Positions 22,591 through 32,290 of a DNA stretch of 32,678 bases are shown here, piece by piece (position 1 is the stretch's first letter; each line of letters starts with the position of its first letter). The notes beneath the pieces were generated by a model. The model made no database searches and was not told the DNA's origin. It worked only from the letters and a program-made list of their open reading frames with translations. A program made the translations under genes and the position numbers. The DNA is from an uncultured Lachnospiraceae bacterium (GTDB lineage: Bacteria > Bacillota > Clostridia > Lachnospirales > Lachnospiraceae): positions 1 through 32,678 of the forward strand of contig CAMWSA010000001.1 of NCBI GenBank assembly GCA_947176785.1, written 5' to 3'.

Positions 22591-23292
22591 TTATTTTTTT
22601 ACTTCGAACTTGTATCCAATACCCCATATGGTACTGATTTTCCAGTTTTCGTGATCCTTGATCTTCTCTCTCAGACGTTTGATATGGACGTCCACCGTGC
22701 GGGTATCCCCCATGTATTCATAGCCCCAGATCTGATCCAGCAACTGCTCTCTGGTGAAAACGTGGTTCGGGGAGGAGGCCAGGAAATATAAAAGTTCCAG
22801 TTCTTTGGGAGGCATATCCACATTTTTTCCTTTATAGGTTACGGAATAATTGGTACGGTTGATGGTGAGATCCGCATATTCCACAAATTCGTCGCGGGAC
22901 TGGGGCTTTGGATCGGCAGCAGGCTTATATCTTCGTAGAACAGCCTTGACCCTGGCCACCAGTTCTTTGGTGTCGAAGGGCTTTTCCATATAATCATCCG
23001 CGCCTAATTCCAGGCCCAGCACCTTGTCAAAAACTTCTCCCTTGGCGGAGAGCATGATAATGGGAGTGGAATATTTTGCCCTGACCTCCCGGCAGACCTG
23101 ATAGCCGTCCATGCCTGGCAGCATCAGATCCAGCAGGATCAGGTTGGGATCGAAGGAGGCAATGGCACCCATAACGGATTCCCCGTCATAGACAATCATG
23201 GTCTCAAAACACTCCTTGGTGAGATATAGGGAAATTAATTCTGCAATATTGTCGTCATCATCCACAATAAGGACTTTCTGTTTACTTACCAT
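22591..23292 (-). CDS. OmpR/PhoB-family response regulator
   Basis: VLIVDDD, LLDLMLPGMDG, GADDYMEKPF and wHTH DTRTVDVHIKRLREK...WGIGYKF. Start ATG 23292 with GGAG RBS. Confidence 0.95.
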   Translation of the reverse strand: MVSKQKVLIVDDDDNIAELISLYLTKECFETMIVYDGESVMGAIASFDPNLILLDLMLPGMDGYQVCREVRAKYSTPIIMLSAKGEVFDKVLGLELGADDYMEKPFDTKELVARVKAVLRRYKPAADPKPQSRDEFVEYADLTINRTNYSVTYKGKNVDMPPKELELLYFLASSPNHVFTREQLLDQIWGYEYMGDTRTVDVHIKRLREKIKDHENWKISTIWGIGYKFEVKK

Positions 23293-23311
23293 AACTACTC
23301 CTGTTTCTAAT

Positions 23312-25690
23312 TTATTTAAATGTGACAATGGTAACGCCCGCGTCTCCCTCCCCATATTCTCCCAGACGGAAATCCTTCACATATTTCAGGCGTTTTAAAT
23401 GGTTATGGACTGCGCTGCGCAGAGCGCCGGTGCCTTTGCCATGTACCACCCTGACGGAAGTAAGATGGGCAATATAGGCGTCGTCCAGATATTTGTCCAA
23501 TACCGATATAGCTTCATCCACGGTTTTACCCAACAGATTAATCTCTGTGGATACGGACAGGGATTTGCTCATTTTGATCTTTCCGGCACCGGTGCGCTGC
23601 AGGGTGGGGGCAGTGATAGATACCTCCTCTGTCAAAGCCAGATCCCGCACATTTACCTGGGTGCGCATAATCCCGCACTGGACAAAGAGATTGCCCCTGC
23701 TGTCCGGCAAAGTGCTGACTGTGCCGGTAAGGCCCATGGACAACACCTTGACGCCGTCCCCTTTTTTCAGTCTGGCAGGATCTAAGGTCTTCTTTTTATC
23801 CTGCTTTGGGTCGGATTTTAAAGCCAGCCTTTCGTTTTTTTCGCTGATTTTGTCCCTGACCCTCTGACGTTTTTTCTCCAGTTCCCTGATATCTGCACCG
23901 GACCCTAAATTGTTGAATTCCCGGATGGTCTCGTCAGCCACATCCTTGGCCTCCTGCAGGATTTCCCTGGCTTTTTCATGGGCCTCTTTTAATATTTTAT
24001 CTTTTGCGCTGTCCAGCTTTTCATTCTTGGCCTGTAACTGATCCTGCAGAGTTTTAATACGGGCCTTGTAGGAAGCGATCTCCTGGCGCTCCTTCTCTAT
24101 GGTGATGCGGCTTCTCTCCAGATCGGAGATTACGTCCTCAAAGCTTTTGTCCTCCTTGCTGATCTGTTCCCGGGCGGCGGAAATAATGTCCGGCGGCAGC
24201 CCAAGCTTGGAGGAGATGGCGAAGGCATTGCTTTTGCCGGGGATACCGATAAGCAGCTTGTAGGTGGGCTGTAGAGATTCCACACTGAACTCACAGCAGG
24301 CATTTTCCACAAAATCCGTGGAAAGGGCGTAAACTTTCAACTCGCTGTAATGGGTGGTGGCCATTGTGCGGATGCCTCTGTCATGCAGATAATTCAGGAT
24401 GGCAATGGCCAAAGCGGCTCCCTCCGTGGGGTCTGTTCCCGCGCCCAGTTCGTCAAACAGACACAGGGAATTCTCATCCGCATGCTTTAAAATACGCACA
24501 ATGCTGGTCATATGGGAGGAGAAGGTACTCAGGCTTTGCTCAATGCTCTGCTCATCGCCGATATCTGCATACACCCTGGTAAAAACGGAAAGCTCCGAAC
24601 GAGCCAGGGCCGGGATGTGCAGCCCTGCCTGCCCCATCAGAGTGAATAAGCCCACAGTTTTCAGGGATACGGTCTTGCCGCCGGTGTTGGGGCCGGTGAC
24701 AATCAGCAGGTCAAAATCCCTGCCCAGGTGAATGTCGATGGGCACCACTCTGTCTTTGGGCAGCAGAGGGTGACGGCCCTTGCGCAGGTGTATATAGTGA
24801 TCTGTGTTAAAGACAGGCCGGGTGGCATTCTGATCCAGGGCCAGCTTTGCCTTGGCAAAAACAAAGTCCAGGTGGGTCATGATTTTCTGGTTGTCCGCCA
24901 GTTCCTGTATATGTTCCGCCGCCTGGCCGCTCAGATCCGCCAGTACTTTTTCAATTTCCGTCTTTTCCTGTATCTCCAGTTCCCGCAATTGGTTGTTCAG
25001 TTCCACCACGGCGGCAGGCTCTATGAAAAAAGTGGAGCCTGTGGAGGACTGGTCGTGTACCATGCCGTGTACCTGTCCCTTATATTCTGATTTTACAGGG
25101 ATGCAGTATCTGTTGTCCCGCATGGTGATCACGGCATCCTGCAAATAGGTGCGGTAGGAGCCGGTGATCATGGAATTGAGTTGGTTATGCACTTTTTCGT
25201 TAGTCAACAATATGGAACGGCGCACATGCTTCAGCCCCGGGCTGGCATCGTCCGCCATCTCGTCCTCGGCAAGGATACAACGGTTAATCTCACCGGATAG
25301 CTGGGTCAGAGGGGTCAGCTGTTCAAAATAGGAATCCAGACTGTCCTCGGGTATATCCTCTCTGTCCCTGCGCCCATAGGTCTTGATACGGTTTACGTTG
25401 TCCAGGAGCCTGGCGACCCGGAGCAGCTCCGGCATGGACAGAGTGCTGCCGATTTCCAGGGATTTCAGGGCAAATCCGATCTCCTGGTTGCTGCCGAAGG
25501 AGGTGCTGCCCAGTTTGAAGATCCGGGCCAGGGCATCCTCTGTCTCTGTCTGGGCAAAATTGATCTCCTCAAGGTCTGTCATGGGCTGCAACTCCTGGCA
25601 GCATTTTTTGCCGGGAGCAGAATCCGCTTTTTCCGACAGCATTTGGATGATTTTGTCATATTCTAATATTTTTAGTCCTTTTTCGTTCAT
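23312..25690 (-). CDS. mutS2: Endonuclease MutS2
   Basis: VHDQSSTGST, TGPNTGGKT, DIGDEQSIEQSLSTFSSHM, DELGAGTDP and C-terminal Smr domain VHGKGTG...GDAGVT. Confidence 0.97.
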   Translation of the reverse strand: MNEKGLKILEYDKIIQMLSEKADSAPGKKCCQELQPMTDLEEINFAQTETEDALARIFKLGSTSFGSNQEIGFALKSLEIGSTLSMPELLRVARLLDNVNRIKTYGRRDREDIPEDSLDSYFEQLTPLTQLSGEINRCILAEDEMADDASPGLKHVRRSILLTNEKVHNQLNSMITGSYRTYLQDAVITMRDNRYCIPVKSEYKGQVHGMVHDQSSTGSTFFIEPAAVVELNNQLRELEIQEKTEIEKVLADLSGQAAEHIQELADNQKIMTHLDFVFAKAKLALDQNATRPVFNTDHYIHLRKGRHPLLPKDRVVPIDIHLGRDFDLLIVTGPNTGGKTVSLKTVGLFTLMGQAGLHIPALARSELSVFTRVYADIGDEQSIEQSLSTFSSHMTSIVRILKHADENSLCLFDELGAGTDPTEGAALAIAILNYLHDRGIRTMATTHYSELKVYALSTDFVENACCEFSVESLQPTYKLLIGIPGKSNAFAISSKLGLPPDIISAAREQISKEDKSFEDVISDLERSRITIEKERQEIASYKARIKTLQDQLQAKNEKLDSAKDKILKEAHEKAREILQEAKDVADETIREFNNLGSGADIRELEKKRQRVRDKISEKNERLALKSDPKQDKKKTLDPARLKKGDGVKVLSMGLTGTVSTLPDSRGNLFVQCGIMRTQVNVRDLALTEEVSITAPTLQRTGAGKIKMSKSLSVSTEINLLGKTVDEAISVLDKYLDDAYIAHLTSVRVVHGKGTGALRSAVHNHLKRLKYVKDFRLGEYGEGDAGVTIVTFK

Positions 25691-25832
25691 ATTCTTATTT
25701 CCTTATTTAAAGTTCTGCTTTTTAAAGCAGAGTACAACGACAGGGATGCTGATTTCATATACCGCTTTGCCGTCCTTGTGGGATGGAGGGTAGGCGGCAT
25801 ACGGGAGCAGGTACACAGGCTTACCCTTCACA

Positions 25833-25841
25833 AGTATAGCA
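25833..25841 (-). promoter_or_regulatory. Extended -10 (TGCTATACT) upstream of mutS2
   Basis: Minus strand reads TGTGCTATACT ~140 nt upstream of the mutS2 ATG. Confidence 0.5.
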
Positions 25842-25874
25842 CAATTCCCCCGGATAGGATACCCCCGGTTTTAC

Positions 25875-25903
25875 TTTACATTTAAAAAAGGATATTATAT
25901 ACT
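25875..25903 (+). promoter_or_regulatory. SigA-type promoter for the HtrA-like gene
   Basis: TTTACA - 17 bp - TATACT. Confidence 0.6.
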
Positions 25904-25914
25904 GGTTGGGAAAC

Positions 25915-25938
25915 AAAATCTAATCGGTCGTGAGTGCA
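25915..25938 (-). repeat. Remnant end of a family A element
   Basis: AAAATCTAATCGGTCGT (17 nt) is the exact reverse complement of A5 positions 19476-19492. Confidence 0.55.
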
Positions 25939-25954
25939 GATAAGAGGTGAGAGG

Positions 25955-27307
25955 ATGTCGGACCGCCAGGAGACAAATCAGGACAATTTCATGATGGAAA
26001 AGATTAAGCAAAGGCCCATTAACAAGCGCAGACTGGTCCGCCGGACTCTGATTACAGTCTCTATGGCCGTCATATTCGGTTTGATTGCCTGTTTTACCTT
26101 TTTGGTGCTGGAGCCGGTGATCAGTAACTGGCTGTATCCCGAGGAGGAGTCGGAAGCCATTATTTTCCCGGAGGAGCCGGAGGAGATGCTGCCGGAGGAG
26201 ATGCTGGAGGAATATATCCAGCCCAGTCCAAGCCCCAGTCCCAGTCCTGTGCCGGAAGAGCAGATACAGCCGGAAAAGGTGGAATTGGATGAGAATCAGA
26301 TCCAGGAGATTCTGAATCAGGTGGTGCTGGATATGGGGGATTACCGGCAGATTTACAGCGTCCTGTCGGAATATGTGAAACAGCTTAACCAGTATATGGT
26401 GGTGGTCACGGGTACAAAATCGGATACGGACTGGTTTTCCAATGAATATGAGAGCAAAAATGAAACCACCGGTGTGGTTATCGGTAACAATGGAAAGGAG
26501 TTGTTGATTTTAACGGATTTCAGTTCCGTGAAACGGGCGGATCATCTGACAGTGACATTTAACAATGGAGTACACGCGGATGCCCAGTTAATGCAGTATT
26601 TTCAAGACGGCAATCTGGCGGTGCTGTGCATTGGCCTGAATGTGTTGGGCCCGGATATGCCGCCCGAGGATATATATGTCGCACCTCTGGGATCTTCCCT
26701 GCAGAGAAGCCTGGTGGGAAGCCCCGTGATTGCAATGGGAAGCCCTATGGGCAGCAGTGGTTCCATAGGTTATGGGGTCATAACCGCCGCCGATAACCAG
26801 GTGTCCTTGGCGGATATGAATTATCAGCTGCTGACCACGGATATCTATGGAAGCCAGTCGGCAAACGGAGTACTGTTCAATACCAACGGCCAGGTGGTGG
26901 GCTTTATCACCATGGGCAAGACAGGCAGCGATATGCGCAATATGATCTGTGCTTATGGGATCAGTGATTTGAAACAGATGATCAGCAGACTGACAAGGGG
27001 AGACAGTATTCCCTATATGGGAATTCTTGGTGTGGATGTGCCAAGTGAGGCCAACGAACAGTCTCAGGTACCTTTTGGAGCATATGTGAGGGAGGTAGAA
27101 ATGGACTCCCCGGCCATGCTGGCGGGTATCCAGAGCGGTGATGTCATTGTGGGAATTGACCAACAGAGTATTACCAAAATGAATGACTACTCTAATTATC
27201 TGCTGAATCTTAATGCGGAGGATACAGTGACGCTGCGCGTGATGCGGCAGTCCCAGGGGGAGTACAAGGAACTGGACTTTGAGGTGACTGTGGGGGAAGC
27301 CAATTGA
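25955..27307 (+). CDS. Membrane-anchored HtrA/S1C-like protein with PDZ domain; catalytic triad appears absent
   Basis: TM helix, acidic/Pro-Ser linker, trypsin-like region (VIAMGSPMG, GVLFNTNGQVVGFIT) and PDZ (PYMGI...SPAMLAGIQSGDVI). ATG 25955 has RBS GAGGTGAGAGG. Confidence 0.85.
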   Translation: MSDRQETNQDNFMMEKIKQRPINKRRLVRRTLITVSMAVIFGLIACFTFLVLEPVISNWLYPEEESEAIIFPEEPEEMLPEEMLEEYIQPSPSPSPSPVPEEQIQPEKVELDENQIQEILNQVVLDMGDYRQIYSVLSEYVKQLNQYMVVVTGTKSDTDWFSNEYESKNETTGVVIGNNGKELLILTDFSSVKRADHLTVTFNNGVHADAQLMQYFQDGNLAVLCIGLNVLGPDMPPEDIYVAPLGSSLQRSLVGSPVIAMGSPMGSSGSIGYGVITAADNQVSLADMNYQLLTTDIYGSQSANGVLFNTNGQVVGFITMGKTGSDMRNMICAYGISDLKQMISRLTRGDSIPYMGILGVDVPSEANEQSQVPFGAYVREVEMDSPAMLAGIQSGDVIVGIDQQSITKMNDYSNYLLNLNAEDTVTLRVMRQSQGEYKELDFEVTVGEAN

Positions 27308-27348
27308 GCAGGGCAGATGATGTTTCAGATATGAAAAAGGAAGACGGC

Positions 27349-29153
27349 ATGAGAAAACAATTACTGTTACGATACTTGGTTTACTATAAAAAGGAAATAC
27401 TGTGCGTATTATTTTTTTCTTTGTTGACTTCAGTAATGACAGTGGCATGTTCGACAATAATGAACAATGTCATTGCGGAAACCCTAAACGGTAATGGCAG
27501 TGGCCTTTGGGTTGCCCTCATCTTATTGTGCTGTATAGCTATTGTATGGGTGTTTTTTGTTTATGCGCAAAGGTTTTCTTCCGGAAAACTTGGAATTTAT
27601 TTAACACGGAGGTTAAGGCAGGATATCACCGAAAAGCTTATGGCCGTGCGGTATGAATGTTTTGTGGAGCAGGAAAGCGGTACTTTTATAAATCAACTAA
27701 ATGATGACATAAGAGACACGGCGGACTATATTGACAAACTATTGTCCTCCATTTTATCAAACGGCATTATTATTATTGTGATTGCAGTGTATCTTAGCAC
27801 CGTTGATTGGAAGCTGATGCTTGCTTCCATTTTATGGATTCCGATTGCAACACTTATTTTTAGAGGAATTCTTAAAAAAATTTCCACCCTTTCATGGGAA
27901 AAAAAGCGCAGACAGGATAAATTGACAAATATTATCCAGGAGTCTTTTGCCTCCACGGAAACAGAAAAAAGCTTCAATTTGCAGGAACGAAATTTAGAAA
28001 TAGCAAATAATTGGATAGAAAAAATTCTGGCAGTGGATTTACAGCAGCAGAAACAGGAATCTTCAGAAAATATTATTAAGGATATTTCCTTTGAAATAAA
28101 AAGAGGAGAACGGGTAGCTTTTGTCGGAGGTTCCGGTAGTGGAAAGACAACACTAATAAATTTGATTTTAGGTCTCTACCCTATAGAATACGGAAATTAT
28201 AATTTATATGAAATTCCGTTTTCAGACATTAATTTGGAGGATGCGAGAAAATGTTTTTCAATAGTATCTCAGGAAACTTTTCTTTTTCCGGATACTATAG
28301 AAGAAAACCTCCGTTATGGAAACAGAAACGCCGCACATTGGTTGCGTTAATGAGCCTTGAATCAAGCTTAATATGGGCGGCTCTCCAAGCTGGCAAAAGA
28401 TTTCCAGAGCTTTTTGAAAATATCGCAAGCGTGGAACGTATTGCGCATTTTCTCACTTTAAAAGAAGAAATAATTTCAGTTCCTGAAGGGGATATAGATG
28501 CAGAGAGTACATCTTATATTGAATTCTGAAATGTAGCATTTGGATATTCTGACCAGAATCAAGTACTTAAGAATTTCAATTTAAAACTGGAAGAAAATGA
28601 TTCTGTTGTTGTGACAGGCTCCTCCGGCTGCGGAAAATCTACGCTGTGTAAACTGTTAATGGGATTTTATAATATAAAGGAAGGGGCGATTTATGTAAAG
28701 GGAAAAATAATTAGCAGTTATGAAACAAAAATGCTACATAATATAATAACGTATATTCCACAGAATCCTTTTCTATTTAACGATACTTTGTATGAAAATA
28801 TAAGATGTGTGAGACCGGAAGCAACAGATGAAGAGGTAATTAAAGCAGCTAAAGCAGCAAATGCGGATGATTTTATTAGAAGGCTTCCCGAAAAATATAA
28901 TTATGTCCCGGGTGAACAGGGAAAAAAGTTATCTTTTGGGCAGCGTCAGCGAATTGCGATAGCGAGGGCTTTTTTAAAAGATACGCCAATTATTCTATTT
29001 GACGAGGTGGTATCGGGATTGGATTATGAGTCGGAGAGGGCAATCTGTGAAGCGGTTTCAGAGTTGATAAAACAAAAGACAGCAATAGTAATTACGCATA
29101 GAAATACTGATGCGTGGCATGCAAAGAAAAGAATTGATTTGACAATTAACTAA
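27349..29153 (+). pseudogene. Decayed pair of ABC exporter genes (TMD+NBD), with deletions and a nonsense codon
   Basis: A truncated TMD joins in frame to NBD1 (GGSGSGKTT), which breaks after ENLRYGN before its signature motif. A second frame has a TMD end, then IEF*NVAFGY (TGA 28527-28529), then NBD2 (GSSGCGKST, LSFGQRQR, ILFDE). Confidence 0.85.
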
Positions 29154-29162
29154 AATAGAATA

Positions 29163-29328
29163 GGCAATTGCGATACGTTCTCCGCAGGTGACGTGGCTGT
29201 TCAATATATACAAAAACGGGCTTGGAAGTAAATTTGTTTCGCAAATTTGCTTCGTGCAGTGGAAGGTCGCCCTTATTTTGTATATATTGCCCATCCACTG
29301 TTCCCGGAATGGGAGTTTCGCAATCGCC
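29163..29328. repeat. Nested inverted-repeat structure (element E inside an outer IR)
   Basis: Outer GGCAATTGCGA/TCGCAATCGCC; perfect 14-bp inner IR CAATATATACAAAA (29202) / TTTTGTATATATTG (29276); central AAGTAAATTTG/CAAATTTGCTT. Confidence 0.75.
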
Positions 29329-29356
29329 AGAATATAAATAAGAGAGGAGAAAGGAT

Positions 29357-30304
29357 ATGAAATTCATCAAAGAGTATAAGGACGGTGACAGGGTGTTTGA
29401 TATTTACCTCTGCAAGCATAAACAGTCCATGGTGACCAAGAATGGAAAAGCATATGAAAGTGTGATATTGCAGGATAAGACCGGTACGCTGGACGCCAAG
29501 GTGTGGGAGCCGAACAATCCAGGGATCGGGGATTATGATACGTTGGATTACATAGAGGTATATGGGGAGATCACCAGCTTTCAGGGATCATTACAGGTCA
29601 ACGTAAAACGTATCCGCAAATGCCGGGAAGGGGAGTATCAGCCTGCGGACTATCTGCCTGTGAGCAGCAAGAACATAGACGATATGTACCGGGAATTGAC
29701 AGGCTTGATTGCCAGCATCCAGAATATTTACTTAAAGCAGTTGTTGGAAAACTTTTTCGTAAAGGATGAAGCCTTTAAGAAAGCGTTTTGTAATTCCTCA
29801 GCCGCCAAGACCGTACACCATGGTTTTGTGGGAGGCTTGTTGGAGCATACGTTGAGCGTGACAAAACTCTGTGATTACTATTGCAGTGCCTATCCTATTT
29901 TGAAAAGAGATCTGCTGCTGACGGCAGCCATGTGTCATGATATCGGAAAAGTCAGAGAGATTTCTCCTTTTCCGGAAAATGATTATACCAACGACGGGCA
30001 GCTTCTTGGACATATTGTCATGGGTTCTCAGATGATCGGGGAGAGAGCGGCGGAAATTGCCGGATTTCCTCATGAGCTTCTGGCTCAGGTGCAGCACTGC
30101 ATCCTGGCCCATCATGGTAAATATGAGTTTGGATCGCCCAAGATTCCCGCTATTATAGAGGCTTTGGCCCTGAACTACGCGGATGATACGGACGCCAAGC
30201 TGGAGACTTTTAAGGAAATTCTGGAGAATGCCAGGGATTCGGGTTGGCTTGGATATAACAGGCTGTTTGAGTCCAATTTGAAAGCCAGCAGGATAGACTT
30301 CTGA
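29357..30304 (+). CDS. yhaM: 3'-5' exoribonuclease YhaM/Cbf1 family (OB-fold + HD)
   Basis: LQDKTGTLDAKVW OB-fold; AAKTVHHGFVGGLLEHT, CHDIGK, GQLLGHI, HCILAHHG..EFGSP and ADDTDAK. Confidence 0.9.
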   Translation: MKFIKEYKDGDRVFDIYLCKHKQSMVTKNGKAYESVILQDKTGTLDAKVWEPNNPGIGDYDTLDYIEVYGEITSFQGSLQVNVKRIRKCREGEYQPADYLPVSSKNIDDMYRELTGLIASIQNIYLKQLLENFFVKDEAFKKAFCNSSAAKTVHHGFVGGLLEHTLSVTKLCDYYCSAYPILKRDLLLTAAMCHDIGKVREISPFPENDYTNDGQLLGHIVMGSQMIGERAAEIAGFPHELLAQVQHCILAHHGKYEFGSPKIPAIIEALALNYADDTDAKLETFKEILENARDSGWLGYNRLFESNLKASRIDF

Positions 30305-30306
30305 GA

Positions 30307-30346
30307 GTGCTGTGCAGGGAGGAAAACCTGACCACTCGTAAGTATA
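30307..30346 (-). repeat. Half copy of a family A element
   Basis: GTGCTGTGCAGGGAGGAAAACCTGACCACTCGTAAGTATA parallels the A6 end GTGCCGTACAGGAGGGAAAATCTAACCACTCATGAGTATA. Confidence 0.8.
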
Positions 30347-30476
30347 TACTAACGAGCGCTAAGATTTTCCAATCCCTGCACACCTCATGTTGCATAATTA
30401 TAAAAAACGTCATATGTCGTTGACTATAGGCAGCATGTGCCGTACAGGAGGGAAAATCTAACCACTCATGAGTATA
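30345..30476 (-). repeat. Family A element, copy A6, with a nested mini-B insert (30399-30428) in its loop
   Basis: 132 bp = 104 + 28. Reverse complement begins TATACTCATGAGTGGTTAGATTTTCC and ends GGAAAATCTTAGCGCTCGTTAGTATA. Confidence 0.88.
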
Positions 30477-30605
30477 GTCTCTCGGAATCTTTTGGCGGAA
30501 AATGGCGGCTTTTGATTCGTATGATCCGTAAAAAGTGGGGGAATCCATAAGACTGGAATATTAGGAGACCCATGAAATAGGGCTTAGAGATTCCGAGAGG
30601 CTATA
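30473..30605. mobile_element. MITE-like element D with 18-bp terminal inverted repeats
   Basis: TATAGTCTCTCGGAATCT (30473-30490) versus AGATTCCGAGAGGCTATA (30588-30605), a 17/18 match. Single copy in this window. Confidence 0.6.
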
Positions 30606-30615
30606 TGAGTATAAT

Positions 30616-32109
30616 ATGGAGAAATATATGTGCCAACATTACAAAAAGAATGATATAGTGACAGTGACCATAGAGGATATCGGAACAGACGGGGAGGGAA
30701 TCGGCAAAGCGGATGGATATACCCTCTTTGTGAAAGATGCCGTGGTGGGGGATGTGGTGGAGGCACGGATTACTAAGGCTAAAAAACAGTATGCCTATGC
30801 CAGATTAGAGAAGCTGTTGACAACTTCCCCTTTTCGGACCAAGCCCAGATGTCCCCATCATCGGCAGTGCGGCGGTTGCCAGCTCCAGGCGCTGGATTAT
30901 AAAAAACAGTTGGAATATAAACAGCAGAAGGTCAGAAATAACCTGATTCGGATCGGTGGTTTTAAGGGGACGGAGATTGACAGGGTGATGGAACCTATCA
31001 TAGGCATGGAGGAGCCTTACCGTTACCGGAACAAGGCGCAGTACCCGGTGGGAACAGACCGGGAGGGCCATATAGTGACGGGTTTCTATGCAGGCCGCAC
31101 TCATACCATTATCCCCAGTACGGAATGCTATCTGGGGGCGGAGGAAAATAAAAAAATATTGGAAATCCTGATTAAGCATATGGAAAAGCACCATATTTCT
31201 GTTTATGACGAGGCAGCAGGGAAAGGGCTGGTACGCCATATCCTGATCCGCAAGGGCTTTACAACCGGAGAGATTATGGTATGTGTGGTGGTAAATGGGG
31301 AAAGTGAGAAGGAGGGATCTATTCATAAAGAGGAGTATATCCCATATCAGTCTGAACTATTGTCTGATTTATCCGGGATTATAGGAATGACATCTGTGTC
31401 AATAAGTATAAACACCGAGAAAACAAATGTAATCATGGGAAAAGAGATTCATACAATATGGGGAAGTCCTGTGATCCATGATGTGATCCATGTGCGGGAT
31501 ATGCGGCGGGAAGGATATCCCTGCACGGGACAGGAATTGACTTTTGCCATTTCTCCCCTTTCTTTTTATCAGGTGAATCCTGTTCAGACCGAGAAGCTGT
31601 ACAGTCTGGCTTTAGAATACGCGGGGCTGACAGGACGGGAAGTACTGTGGGATCTGTACTGTGGAATTGGTACGATCTCCCTGTTCCTGGCTTCCGGAGC
31701 CCGACAGGTCTGTGGTGTGGAAATAGTACCCCAGGCCATAGAGGACGCCCGGTCCAATGCCCGCAGTAATGGAATTGTCAATGCCTTCTTTTATGCAGGA
31801 AAAGCGGAGGAGATACTTCCGGCTTATTATGAGAAAAGCCAGGGGAATGAGCAGGAAGAACTGCGCCATCCGGATGTAATTGTGGTAGACCCGCCCCGGA
31901 AAGGCTGCGATGCTGCTTGTCTGGACACCATAATCCAGATGAAACCAGGCCGTATCGTCTATGTCAGCTGCGACAGCGCGACTCTGGCCAGAGATCTGCG
32001 GATTCTGTGTGACGGTGGATATGAGATTAAAAAGGCGAGGGCTGTGGATCAGTTTGGGCATACAGTGCATGTGGAGGCTGTGGTGTTGATACAAAGGAAA
32101 GATACCTAG
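30616..32109 (+). CDS. rlmD: 23S rRNA m5U1939 methyltransferase RlmD (RumA)
   Basis: TRAM domain, C-x5-CGGC Fe-S motif, YRNKAQY, SFYQVN, DLYCGIGTISL, VDPPRKG, YVSCD..TLARD and DQF..T.HVE. Confidence 0.95.
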   Translation: MEKYMCQHYKKNDIVTVTIEDIGTDGEGIGKADGYTLFVKDAVVGDVVEARITKAKKQYAYARLEKLLTTSPFRTKPRCPHHRQCGGCQLQALDYKKQLEYKQQKVRNNLIRIGGFKGTEIDRVMEPIIGMEEPYRYRNKAQYPVGTDREGHIVTGFYAGRTHTIIPSTECYLGAEENKKILEILIKHMEKHHISVYDEAAGKGLVRHILIRKGFTTGEIMVCVVVNGESEKEGSIHKEEYIPYQSELLSDLSGIIGMTSVSISINTEKTNVIMGKEIHTIWGSPVIHDVIHVRDMRREGYPCTGQELTFAISPLSFYQVNPVQTEKLYSLALEYAGLTGREVLWDLYCGIGTISLFLASGARQVCGVEIVPQAIEDARSNARSNGIVNAFFYAGKAEEILPAYYEKSQGNEQEELRHPDVIVVDPPRKGCDAACLDTIIQMKPGRIVYVSCDSATLARDLRILCDGGYEIKKARAVDQFGHTVHVEAVVLIQRKDT

Positions 32110-32290
32110 AAATCCTTGAATTTACGCACTTTGTGACATTTTTCAGTTTTAACAAAATCGGTGAAAATCACAAGGAAAAGATACTTGTGAAGAAAGTAAC
32201 CGTAGTTGTGGCATTAGACCTCGGTACGGGGAACACAAAAAATCCTGATAATGAAAGTGAATAGAGAACTATCAAATATAGTGATAGATT

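Noticed and set aside
26168-26248. Short tandem repeats (CCGGAGGAGATGCTG x2; Pro-Ser codon repeats)
   Set aside because: In-frame low-complexity linker; units are multiples of 3, so not phase-variable.
28527-28529. Selenocysteine or programmed readthrough at the in-frame TGA
   Set aside because: The position is normally Arg/Lys in ABC linkers and the locus has other lesions; a nonsense mutation is simpler.
30307-30476. CRISPR array
   Set aside because: Only two diverged ~40-bp units, both ends of family A elements; no regular spacers and no cas genes.
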